Translations under genes and position numbers: made by a program
In this document: in pieces, positions 1 through 11,577 of the stretch
How the letters are laid out: each line of letters starts with the position of its first letter
Position numbering within the stretch: position 1 is the stretch's first letter
DNA from: Zootoca vivipara
Lineage: Eukaryota
Assembly (NCBI RefSeq): GCF_963506605.1
Contig: NC_083278.1
Span: 64,666,001-64,730,000, forward strand
Reading direction: 5' to 3'
Length of the DNA: 64,000 nucleotides
Notes under the pieces: generated by a model
What the model was told of the DNA's origin: nothing
The model's database searches: none
Seen by the model: the letters and a program-made list of their open reading frames with translations, nothing else

Positions 1-470
1 GATATATTTAGAAATATCTTTTTGCCATACATTGAAACAATCTGTTTTTCCAATCACCGGAATTGATTTAAACAAAAATAACATTATTGGTAATACATTC
101 ATTTTTATAGTCAACACTCTACCTAACAGTGAAAGTTTCATTCTTCTGTCCCAAATTTGCAAATTTCTTTTAATATCTTTCCAGGTTTTAAAATAATTAT
201 CTTTATACAGATTTATATTATTTGCTGTTAACCATATACCTAGCTACTTAGGAAGGTTAACACCAACCCCATTCCTGCTGGAATGTGTACTTGCAAATAT
301 TTTCTGAAATTTATTCTATTTTTGTCCAATGTAAGTTCTATTATTATAACTGTTTTCCATACAAATGCCTTCACATCTTAAATTTTATATCCAGTTCCAT
401 ACAAATATGTATGTCTTAAGCATTTGGCATATAAAACATCTATTGCTTTGACAATTAACTTTATTACTTT
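1..470 (-). mobile_element. Degenerate L1-clade LINE ORF2 fragment
   Basis: Positions 250->1 translate K*LGIWLTANNINLYKDNY...WDRRMKLSLLGRVLTIKMNVLPIMLFLF (post-RT L1 motif). Upstream part weakly resembles the endonuclease. Confidence 0.75.
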
Positions 471-837
471 CATCAAGAAAAAGGATGAAGGGCTAAGACT
501 AACAACTTCCACCACACCATCAACCTCAACCTAGACAAGTACAATCTTATAATGAAAACCTACTGACTGCTACACATATCTACATGCTTTGAGCTTCCAC
601 TCAGAATATAGCACAAGATCTATTGCCTTAAAACCAAGCCCTGTTGATACAACCATATCTGTTCCAACTCTTTGGACTAAGACCCACAATTTACATATTT
701 ATAAATCAGGTCAACGAGACCAGACAGCAAAAAAGAATGCTGTTCTGGCTCAATATACAATCTTAGTAAGTGAAATGAGCTAAGAACCAGCTGAGAAAGT
801 TATCCTCACGTGTTACATGCATTCCTTTTTGTTTTAC

Positions 838-1466
838 CTTTGCTGAACTTCCTGAAGGCTTGGTTCATTCAGTCCTTCCTTGTCAGCCCTTTCTTCGATA
901 TCTTCAATGCTTTTTAAGAGCTGTTCTTTGCGTTCCATGACAGACTTGTGCAGAGCTCCAAGAGCTTCTGCTTCACTCTGCTTCGTTCCCAGCAAAGACT
1001 GGATGGATTCTAATTCTACGCAGATATTGTCGGAGATACTCCTGCAGGAGTTTCTTTGCTCAGAGCTTCCATGTTTTAAATGATACTGTGCTTTAGTAAG
1101 AGATGTATCTAAACTGGCTGCTGTAGATTCCAGTTTGCTGACATCTTGAATAACCTCACTCAATTCCTTCTCCAGCACTTCGGATTTAGACTTGTCCATG
1201 TTTCCAGTGGTTTCTACCATCTGCCTCAAATGGTGAAGAACTTGTGATGCAGCAGCATGAAGCTCTAAGAAGGCCTTAAGGTGGGGCAAAGCATCTTGCC
1301 TGCGGCTAATTACCTGACTGGCCTCCTGATAGAGCTGGAGACAGTCTTCAGCCTTATTCTGGAACACGCTGTGATCTTCTGGCCGACTGAAAGAGCACAG
1401 CTTTTCAACATGACTCTTCAGACTCTGTAGTTCTTTGAACTTTCCTTCCACTTCCATTCTGTGTTC
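838..1466 (-). CDS. SYNE1: SYNE1 exon (~ex41) EHRMEVEGKFKELQSL...SLQEVQQR
   Basis: 629 nt, AG/GT, spectrin repeats. Confidence 0.95.
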
Positions 1467-2299
1467 CTGTTAAGATGAAGGGTAGGGAATAAAAAGTGAC
1501 AAAAAGCGAAAGAAAAACACCTCTTCTTGGCATAAGCCTTGCTTAGCACTGCCAGCAAATTTGATGTTAAAGTCATTTGTTGTTACTAAATTTCTGCTTG
1601 TTTCCTCCCCCCCCCCCAATAAAACTGCATGACTTTTTTTATTATGGGCAGCCTGCCATTTATGAGCATATGTGCGCAACCAAACATCACACCAAACCCA
1701 GAAGTGACCCAGAAATGTCATAAAGATGTCACTGAATTGTTACTAAAAGGGTGGAATGGGGGCAGGGCAAAGTGGGGACAGAGTGAGGTGTTTTCGGGCT
1801 TTTTCAATGGTTTTCAGTTGTGCGTGATTTCACTCCTGTGTAAATAGGGGGCTGCCTGTATTTAAAGGTGAACTTCAAATTTGTGCTATGTAACACATTT
1901 CAAGTAGCTCCTGGGAAGCCTACAAGAGGAGTTTCAGAACACCCTCTCTCCAATACACTTACCGGTATTTGTCCCTGTCCATTCCTATCTTTCTTCGTTG
2001 GGTTCTGCATTAACCATGCAACCACCTAAATTTATCTCCCGACTTACCATATCCTCCATATGTTGTGCCCCCTTCCCCTTTCTCCACTCTGTAGTGCGGG
2101 ACTGTGCATTTGTTCAGGGTCTTCACTCCCACAACAGCTTTAGTGATGGACTTAGCAGGAAAGCTGATTCATCAATAAGCTCTCTAATAATAATACTGTA
2201 CATTAACAATCTCCTTGCTCTAGATCACAGAATAGTGTTTGACAAGAAATGCTCTATAATTGCTTTGGGAAAGTGTTATTGACAAAAATGTTTATTTAC

Positions 2300-2453
2300 C
2301 TTATTGTGACATACAGCCGGCTGTTGATCAGCTGTATTTATTTCAGAAGTAGCATGTAGTTTACCAAGAAATTGCTTAATCCAGTCAGAAAAACTGAGGA
2401 GTAGCTCATCGTACTGTCTATGCTCAGCAACAACAGACTGGAGGAAATTTATC
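2300..2453 (-). CDS. SYNE1: SYNE1 exon (~ex40) INFLQSVVAEHRQYDELL...AVCHNK
   Basis: 154 nt, AG/GT. Confidence 0.94.
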
Positions 2454-3053
2454 CTGGAAGATGTTGAAATTAACATTTTCATTTTTATCTTGACTTGGTC
2501 AGTATTATTATTTTTAGTTAAGGATGCAATAAAAGAATGTTACATATTAAAATTATTTAAGTAATGTACAGTACAGCATAATCCTCTATGTGGGAAGACC
2601 TCTCCTCCTTCCAGAGGGGAGGAGTTGCAAGCAGAAGCTGTTTCCCGCGCTTGCAGGAGGGAGTGTTTGGCCCCCTGTGTCAGCCCTGTCCCGCCACCTT
2701 GTTAAGCCCTTCAGCCGCCCTCACTGGGGGGGGGGGGCAGAGTCTGGCTGCATTTAAGTGGCCACAGTGGCGGGAATCTTTACCCCGCTTCCTAAACTAC
2801 TCTGTTGCTCAAAGTAGACATATCTTAAACTTCAGAGCTGAATGTCTTCCATACAGAAGACAGAAAAATGCCAGTGATTGTACATATGGGTTTCTTGGAT
2901 TGTTGCACTCTCCACTTTAGTCCCCATCAAACAACATAGCCCAATGTGTGATTTCCATTACATTTGCCACATTAACTTGTAGCATTCTGCATTCTGTCAG
3001 TGATCAGCATCTGTTTGCCAGTAAAGTGCTGCTATTTAAAGAGAAACACAAAC

Positions 3054-3220
3054 CTTTTGTTAATTATCTGAGGTAGAGTTTTCCATCTTCTATCTAAGTC
3101 TTCCAAGTCTTTTTTAAGTGTTTTCACACTTTCACTGGAACATGTTTTAAATAATGACTCATTTAACTGCAGTAGGCTGGTATACAACAAAGCATAGGAT
3201 GCAACATCAGATTGCAAATC
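3054..3220 (-). CDS. SYNE1: SYNE1 exon (~ex39) DLQSDVASYALLY...WKTLPQIINKR
   Basis: 167 nt, AG/GT. Confidence 0.94.
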
Positions 3221-4159
3221 CTGAGAAACAAATATATAAATATATCTTAGTGTAAAGCCTTTAATACGTAAATATCGTAATTATAACTTTGAACCAAACA
3301 CATCTAGAGAAATTTAAATTTTAAGTGACTTAATTTTGCAGTATTTAATGAGGCATTGCAATTGACTGGATTTATTATGCAAGTCTCAGTGCTCTTTGCT
3401 GAATGTTGCCCTGAATTTGTTTCCTTAAAACAATACTGGAAATGTATAAAGAAAATTCTAGCAACAAAATTCAAATTAAAATATAATTATTTTAGATTTA
3501 GATAAAGTAAGCCAAAACAAAACACCAAAAATATTTAGAAATCAGTTATAGCAAATAGAAACAACAAACATTAGTTTGAGAGCAATGTGAAACAATGCTT
3601 ACTAAAATCCTCAGGGTGGCTCAAAACAAAGGGTGCCATTGCTAGGATTGATTTTTAACTGCTGTGAGGCCTCCTACACGTTTGACAACTTTTAACAAAT
3701 CTGGTTTGCCAAAAGCATGACAACACAGAGCTGATCTCACACTGAAATATATTACAGAATTTGGTTCAATGTTGGTTTCACCAACATAAAAGTATATGTC
3801 ACTGCAATTTGGGTTAAACGTCATCAGAAAAGAATGCTGAGTTTTGAATGGTGATGACATTTGACTATAAAAAGTTGCATTTGATATTTTATGTGTGTAG
3901 ATTATCTGTTGAATTCATTTACTGTGCACAGGATCACCAATGTTTTTGAATCCATGAGCATATTTGCAAACCAGAGAAACTGTTGTAGGCATCATATATG
4001 TTACTGAGGCAAGGTGTACACAACGTGTGGCTACTAATCCAAACACAGCTCCTCTCTTTTGGCGGTCCCACATAGGTAGTCAAACAAGAGCTTTGCTGAG
4101 ACCCTGGTGGGTTGCATTCAGCTTGATGGACCAGCAATTGTGTTCAGTTCAGGCATCCC

Positions 4160-4407
4160 AGGAACTGGGTAAACCAGGGCCTTCTCGGTAGTGGCACCCA
4201 CCCTGTGGAATGCCCTCCCGCCAGAGGTCAAAGAGAACAACAATTACCAGGCCTTTAGAAGGCATCTCAAGGCAGCCCTGTTTAGGGAAGCTTTTAATGT
4301 TTGATGGATTTCTGTATTTTGATGTCTTGTTGGAAGCCACCCAGAGTGGCTGGGGGAACCCGGCCAGATGGGCGGGGTATAAATAATAAATTATTATTAT
4401 AATTATT
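4160..4407 (+). mobile_element. L2-type LINE 3' end
   Basis: Same 3' sequence as the copies at 43.4 kb and 49.6 kb, with an (AAT)/(TAT) tail. Confidence 0.8.
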
Positions 4408-4810
4408 AATCTTTGTCAGCACAAAGATTACTGCTAGTGCAATGGGACTTCCACTCCTCTTCTCCCTCTGAATTCACCTCATGCCCTCCCCAAATCTGCT
4501 CTGGGTGGTTGGGGGACCCCATAACAGAGATGGTATGTATGTGTTTTCTGTTGCACAAGCTGAAATCCTTGCATTTACGGAATTGCTTGCTTAGCACTAT
4601 GTTGAATACAACCCAATGTCTTGAGCTCGTTTCAGTGAGCAGATTTTAAAATTATGCCTTATGCTTAGCTCCTTTCAAGCATTCAGTGGAAAGCTGCCAC
4701 TAGTTGCAGGTCTACACATTGTTTTGTTAAACAATAATAGCATGTAATTATTTTCCCAGTATAACCTACAAGAACAATGCAAGGAACCTATGCCAACCCA
4801 CGAAACTTAC

Positions 4811-4934
4811 TTGGACCAACTGCAGCTCACTTTCCACTTTGACTCTGTCGGCAGAAACATGTTGCTCTGAAGGTCTGGCTGCAGCTTCACACCTTTCTAG
4901 CCAAATCGTGAAGGCAGAGAGCTCCTTCTCCTGT
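4811..4934 (-). CDS. SYNE1: SYNE1 exon (~ex38) QEKELSAFTIWLERCE...ESELQLVQ
   Basis: 124 nt, AG/GT. Confidence 0.94.
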
Positions 4935-5056
4935 CTACCAGAACACAGCAAAAAAAAAAAAAAAAAGCTCATCAGTTCAAGTCCCACGAAACCAAAAGCT
5001 AGGAGACAGCTGCAGATATTTTTTTCTGCCTGCATATCACACCGTGCTTTTCTCAC

Positions 5057-5244
5057 CTCTGCCACTGTGCTAGGTGAATCTCTAGCGAGGCCTGTCTATC
5101 TTTAGCTTGTCTCAAAACCATTTCATGTCTTTGCTGAAGCATCAAAACATCCTGGGAGGCTTTTTCTTTATTCACGATCTTGCGAGAACCAGATGACAGA
5201 GAGGCCAGTGTTTGGTTCATTTTTTCCAGAACTTGACAGAGATC
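5057..5244 (-). CDS. SYNE1: SYNE1 exon (~ex37) DLCQVLEKMNQTLASL...IHLAQWQR
   Basis: 188 nt, AG/GT, phase 0-2. Confidence 0.94.
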
Positions 5245-5874
5245 CTTATTTAATTCAACACAACAAAAGAGAAGACAATTACCAACCCCAGGGCCCTCAC
5301 ATAGTCTTGGACATAGCTAAAAAGAAGTAAAACTAATTATGCCATGGCTTTATTTAACTCATACGCAAGTGCAGTAATGCCAGAAGGTGTTCAGGCTTGG
5401 CTGGTTGTTTAACTGCTCAACCCAGGCTGATACTTAGAGGTTACAAGGCTTTATTGATGGTGGCACCACATCATGCAATACTATCTGTAGTAACACCACT
5501 ATGCTGTGGACAAAAGGCAACTGCTGCCATATTTTATTTTTCCTGGAAAGCTGAATTGGGGGAATGCCTACCTGCAACACTTACGGCTTTCTGATTAGCC
5601 TTCTTAAGACTGTTTTAGGGCAGTAGTATCCCTAGGTTGCAATTGGAATACAGTAATATCTTTTTTGCTAACTCCCCCCCCCATTCTGTTAGTCCTGTTG
5701 ACCACCCCTTCTCCCACTTGTTTAAAACAAATGGGGCTTCTCTCTTGCCTCCACAATACCAAGATTGCTGATTGCAGAAGTAATTTCCAACCAAGATTTC
5801 TTCAGTTGGGTGAATGTTGGCTACAGCCCGTACAAATACATCTTCCATGCTAAACATGAAACCAGGTAACAAAC

Positions 5875-5877
<3 letters not shown>

Positions 5878-5922
<45 letters not shown>
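5878..5922. repeat. (CA)n microsatellite adjacent to an exon donor
   Basis: Direct reading. Confidence 0.95.
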
Positions 5923-5925
<3 letters not shown>

Positions 5926-5927
5926 AC

Positions 5928-6027
5928 CGTAACATTATGAAGGGGCCTTGTAAGTCTCTGCTGAGGAACAGCATGAAGCATCAGGCTCTGCCAGTTTTCC
6001 TTCATATCTGCACAGCTCCTCTTGGAC
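5928..6027 (-). CDS. SYNE1: SYNE1 exon (~ex36) VQEELCRYEGKLAEPDASCCSSAETYKA..., with apparent +1 frameshift
   Basis: tag|GTC...ACG|gtaagt spans 100 nt, but both neighbouring exons are phase 0 and need 99 nt. Confidence 0.88.
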
Positions 6028-6179
6028 CTAAACCAGAGAAATTAAGAAAAAGTACTAAAGATTTACAAAGTTACAAATATCTACACATCTTTGCATGCTT
6101 ATTTGGTAGTAAATCCCACTGGTACCCCCGACTCCAGTTAACTGTGCTCAAGGTAGAAGCTCTGGGCTGTAGCCAACTA

Positions 6180-6415
6180 CCCTGTTTCTCCTATTTTAAG
6201 ACGTAGTCATAAAATAAGCCATATCAGGATTTTTAAGCATTCAAGGAAATATAAGCCATACCCCGAAAATAAGCCATAGTGATAGGCGCAGCAGCAATGC
6301 CAGCCGTGGCAGGAGGAGGAGGAAAAAAATAAGACATCCCCTGAAAATAAGCCATGGTGTGTTTTTTTGAGGAAAAATAAATATAAGACGGTGTCTTATT
6401 TTCGGAGAAACATGG
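6180..6415 (+). mobile_element. Tc1/mariner-superfamily MITE (CC(G/C)TGTTTC termini, TA TSD), short form
   Basis: TIRs, TA flanks, repeated AAAATAAG(C/A)CAT motifs; same family as 15191 and 34780. Confidence 0.85.
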
Positions 6416-6468
6416 TAAGTTCTACTCAGAGCAGAAACATTGAAATTAATGGACCTAAGTTAGTCATG

Positions 6469-6833
6469 GGGACGTGGCTGGCGCTGTGGTCTAAACCATT
6501 GAGCCTAGGGCTTGTTGATTGGAAGGTCGGCGGTTCGAATCCCCGTGATGGGGTGAGCTCCCATTGCTCAGTCCCAGCTCCCGCCAACCTAGCATTTCGA
6601 AAGCACGTCAAAGTGCAAGTAGATAAATAGGTATTTTTGTGGAAAGGTAAACAGTGTTTCCGTGCACTGCTCTGGTTTACCAGAAGCGGCCTGGTTATGC
6701 TGGCCACATGTCCCAGAAAAACTGTCTGCGGACAAACATCGGCTCCTTGGCCAGTAAAGCAAGATGAGCGCTGCAACCCCAGAGTCGTTCGCGGCTGGAC
6801 ATAACTGTCAGGGGTCCTTTACCTTTACCTTTT
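6469..6833 (+). mobile_element. Sauria SINE
   Basis: tRNA-like head (GGTTCGAATCCC), (ACCTTT)n tail, 13-bp TSD taagttagtcatg at 6456-6468 and 6834-6846. Confidence 0.9.
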
Positions 6834-7242
6834 TAAGTTAGTCATGTCAATTAATTTCAACAGAGGTACTCAGCATCCAACTCTTTGTAGGAAAACCTTA
6901 CACCCGTAACGACTAGGTGCAGCTGAAGTTGGTGGGGCTTACTTCTGAGTAGACATAGGCAGTGTTACACTCCATATCCCTAACAAGAATGGATAATTAA
7001 AAAATACTGTATGGTAACACTTTCTGTTCTGCAGGCAGATCAGTCTAGTTTATCTTGGTTTTAGATTAGTTTTAGCATTACATTACCCACAGAGGATTGA
7101 AACTCATGCGTATAAAATACCCCTTTAATTCAAGTGTGCACACAGAAAGTATTTCTTTTAAGTGCACTTTTTCAGGTCTTCCCTGAAGGTACATTTAATG
7201 GCCACTCTCTTTTGAATTACAGAACAAGTTTACATTATCTAC

Positions 7243-7453
7243 CTTTGCAAAGTTTTCTTCAAATTTTTGCTGTACTGATGCCTTTCCAGTTATTGATCCT
7301 TCCAGATGCTGTGTATGGTCCCGGAGTTCTTCCCAATACCTTCTGATCTGTGTCAACTTGGCTTTAATATGTGCTGATTCTCCAGATGTAAGATATTGAG
7401 AAAATGACTGAGCATCCTTTTCTAAGCTTGGAATTTCATTTTCCTTGTCATCT
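7243..7453 (-). CDS. SYNE1: SYNE1 exon (~ex35), 5' end hidden in N-gap: ...DDKENEIPSLEKDAQSF...KFEENFAK
   Basis: GT donor at 7241-7242; acceptor lies inside the gap. Confidence 0.92.
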
Positions 7454-7653
7454 NNNNNNNNNNNNNNNNNNNNNNNNNNNNNNNNNNNNNNNNNNNNNNN
7501 NNNNNNNNNNNNNNNNNNNNNNNNNNNNNNNNNNNNNNNNNNNNNNNNNNNNNNNNNNNNNNNNNNNNNNNNNNNNNNNNNNNNNNNNNNNNNNNNNNNN
7601 NNNNNNNNNNNNNNNNNNNNNNNNNNNNNNNNNNNNNNNNNNNNNNNNNNNNN
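7454..7653. other. Assembly gap (200 N)
   Basis: Run of N. Confidence 1.
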
Positions 7654-8287
7654 ACATGGAAGAGTGGAAGGAGAGTTTCTCACACTATTCCCTTTTCAGC
7701 ACCCTGAACTCTCCAAAATCTGGTAATTGGTAACCCTTAAGAAATGATGTAGGTGGCTCGCTCCCTTACATGAACGAAGAAGCATTTTATGCTCCAAACC
7801 TTTATATTTAAAAGCACGTTTTATTGTAATAAAATATAACTTTGATATAATAATTATATAAGTATATTATATATTACTGTGTTGTTTAATATGAACCACA
7901 TTGTATTATGCAAAGCAGAATAAATCTTCACATACATACAATTCTTGTATACATATTGTACTTGCTTTTTATTTTTCTTGCTTTGATTCTGTCTTTTGGC
8001 TTTTCCTAGAAAAAACTATGTTGCCTTATAGAGTGCATATGTTCACAGTTGTCAGTTTATGGTGATAATTGCTGCTGTCCCATCCAAAGCAGAAAAGGTG
8101 AAATCCAGTTCTATAGTAGAACTGAGCACAGATGCACATGCCCTATGTGTGCTACCTTTTAAAATATACTGAAAGGAAGAGGCCAATCCTTTCTCATTTA
8201 CATTTTTTGTGTATTATAAAGAGGGAAGTTACATTTGAAACATGCATATGCCCTTCACAATTGACGCAAGGTGCATATATGTGCACT

Positions 8288-8778
8288 GTGGGCACCACAG
8301 TTCAAGAAGGATACTGACAAGCTGGAACGTGTCCAGAAGAGGGCAACCAAAATGGTCAAAGGCCTGGAAACAATGCATTATGAGGAACGACTTAGGGAGC
8401 TGGGTATGTTTAGCCTGGAGAAGAGAAGGTTAAGGGGTGATATGATAGCCATGTTCAAATATATAAAAGGATGTCATATAGAGGAGGGAGAAAGGTTGTT
8501 TACTGCTGCTCCAGAGAAGTGGACACGGAGCAGTGGTTTCAAACTATAAGAAAGAAGATTCCACCTAAACATTAGGAAGAACTTCCTGACAGTAAGAGCT
8601 GTTCGGCAGTGGAATTTGCTACCAAGGAGTATGGTGGAGTCTCCTTCTTTGGAGGTCTTTAAGCAGAGGCTTGACAGGCATATGTCAAGAATGCTTTGAT
8701 GGTGTTTCCTGCTTGGCAGGGGGTTGGACTGGATGGCCCTTGTGGTCTCTTCCAACTCTATGACTCTAAGATTCTATG
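8288..8778 (+). mobile_element. CR1 LINE 3' fragment
   Basis: WAPQFKKDTDKLERVQKRATKM...LEKRRLRGDMI; ATTCTATG-type tail. Confidence 0.92.
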
Positions 8779-9282
8779 TTATACTTTGGCATCTGTCATC
8801 AAGAGCAAGATAAAATCAGATAAAATCACTGTCTGGATCTCCAGTTGGCCCTCCTTATGCTGCTAACCAATATTTGTCTTAGATTCTTGCAGTTAGAATG
8901 GTATTAATGATGATCAAACAGAACCACCTTACTAGAGGATAATTATTTACATATCTGTCTCCCCAAATGCATTATCAATACCACAGCTTGGCACATGCAA
9001 AGAGAAGCAACAAACAAGCTTCAGATGACTAAACCAAGTGAAAGAAGTCACATGTTTACATACACCCTTATTCTAGGAATGTGACCTAGAAGAACAGCAA
9101 TAAGTTTGAACCTGAAGTTTAGACATCCACTTAGGTAGTTTCATTATTTCTGTGTATATTTCCTTGTTCAATTTTGTGTATTTATAATTCTCTTTTAATG
9201 CATTTTCTTTGCCGATAGCTCAAAATTTAGTAATATTTATTTATAATTGAAAATATATAAATGATACACCAGCTAAAGACAA

Positions 9283-9284
<2 letters not shown>

Positions 9285-9332
<48 letters not shown>
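9285..9332. repeat. (AT)n microsatellite
   Basis: Direct reading. Confidence 0.95.
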
Positions 9333-9335
<3 letters not shown>

Positions 9336-11429
9336 ACAATCACTGTGTTCACTTATTATGTATTATGTTACACAAATCTTTGCTAACTCAATGCCATCCA
9401 GATGTTTTTGACTCCCATCAACCCCAGCCAGCATGGAAATGCACATTGCATGAAAGCATAAATGTCCTGGAAGTCCCCACTTCACTAGGCTACCGGTATA
9501 TTGTACTGGCAACAACAAAGCATAATCCCTAATTTGTCATGTCAGCTGACCCTGAGTTTGTGGTTGTTTCCCCCCAAGCATGAGCAGTAAGCCATTAACA
9601 AATCTTGGTTACCACACATAGTTTGTTCACAGAGAAACAAGCCCAGGATTATGGTTTGCTGCTTCTGGTACAGCCAAGGAGAAGAGCACAGGAGAAGTGA
9701 AGCAGGGACTTTGGAAAAGTGTGCCTTGACATGCATTAAACAACAATTAAACTAACTATGGTCTAGCATGACATACAAGCTGGGCCATTAACACACACAC
9801 CAACACAAACCAAAACATCACCACCACAAAACAGTATTTGCAAAAGACATAACATGTGATTTGTAATTTAAATTGTAATATTGTATATTATCCAGGTATT
9901 TTTGTTTGGAAAAATTATTTCCCATGAAATCTATTCCACCACCCTTAGCAAATAAAAACAGATAACATAAAACTGCAGGGACATACATTTTTGTAGTAAT
10001 TAGGATAATTCGCTACTGATAGAAGTCTAAGTTTTAAAGAGTATCCCTCCCCATTGTTTTAAGACATGGTGGATGTACTCATTTTCAGATTTAAGTCTAG
10101 AACTTTAATGACACTTTTCTACAGCTTATGTTCTGATTTCAGAAAGTTTTATCAAAAATGTATTTCAGAATACAGAAAAAAGAGAGTAATGGACTACTTT
10201 TAAAATGCCTTCTGACAGAATGAAATGGAGCCACAGTACAAGCTAAGAAACTTGCCTAAGGTTTATTTATTTATTTGGCTCAGATCTTCTGCTATTCATG
10301 AATCATGAACACTTGGGCACCACTGATTTCCAAGAAACTTAAAAGCACTTGAGTAGAGTAGACCAATACTGTAAGTTTGAAACTCTCAAGCAAAAATGCT
10401 CAATGGAAGAAAAATAAAAATAAAAATGATACGTTCATTTATGGGACACAGTAGCCCTAGAATCCATCGAGAATGGTGTACTTCATTGGACCTGACACCA
10501 CATATAAGACATCGTGGAGGGAGTAGCTTGCACTTCTATTCCCTCATGGTGCAGAAGTGGTTATCAAGCACTGCCATGCTTCACCGTTTATCTTATGATG
10601 CCATTCAATCCTTGGTTGCAAGTGTTGTTGTTTTTAAATCTAGGAACCACCATCCGACAAAAGATGATCAGTTCTAGCCATCTGTTTGGTGGGGGAATTC
10701 CAATCACATAATAAAGGCATAGCTTTCAGCTGTATATTTGCCACTGAGATAAAGAGAGAGAGTTGAAAATATGTTTGTGTGTTTGTGCATTTGCAACAAA
10801 ATGGGATAGAAATAAAAACAATCCTCTGAAATGGGCAACTTTTCTTGTTCACAATCAAGGAGCGCTTGAAGATACTGTGTGCATCTGATATTTTATTAAT
10901 GCACCAGGAAAAAGAAAACAGAACCTAGCATATGACAAAAAGAATTCAGAGTATGTAGCAAAGGTTTGAGTATAGAAGCTGCTGAGCCCAGTAGTTGCTT
11001 TATTATTTCAGCATTATTTGAGAAACAAGATACACAAAAATCATAAATTGTCTACTATACTGTAATAAATTACTGTAGCCACTGGCTGCAATACATAGCA
11101 CAATATAAAACATTATACACTCTGTGAAAACATACCATGAGGATATTTTGAAGGTAAAGAATATTAATGGAAAAGATATCTATCTATTCACACCATTATA
11201 TGTTTTCCTATTACATAAACTAAAAGGTCTGAGTGTAAATTCAACTCTATGGGGGGCACAGCTCCTGCAAAACCTTCCTCCCTGGTATCTTTTTCTCAAA
11301 GTATTCTTTTTTTTTTTACATCTTTGCAGCTGTGAAATCAGATAAAAGCATTTTCCTCTCCTTTGAAGCTTTCTAGAGGAGAAGAGAGAAAGCAGTATTT
11401 TAATGCTAAATATAATGCGAACCAATCAC

Positions 11430-11577
11430 CTTAACTTGGCTGATTTGCATATCCAAAGACGATGTTGTTTCCAAGGTATCCAGCTCTTTTTCTTTTTCAG
11501 TTATCCAGATGGACAAAGCTTCAAATTTTTTGCCAAAATGATCCCACTTGTTTTTCACCATTTCCATGGTTTTAATA
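11430..11577 (-). CDS. SYNE1: SYNE1 exon (~ex34) IKTMEMVKNKWDHFGKKFE...MQISQVK
   Basis: 148 nt, AG/GT, phase 2-0. Confidence 0.94.

Noticed and set aside
7195-7733. ORFs spanning the N-run
   Set aside because: Artefacts of translating the gap; only 7243-7453 is real exon.
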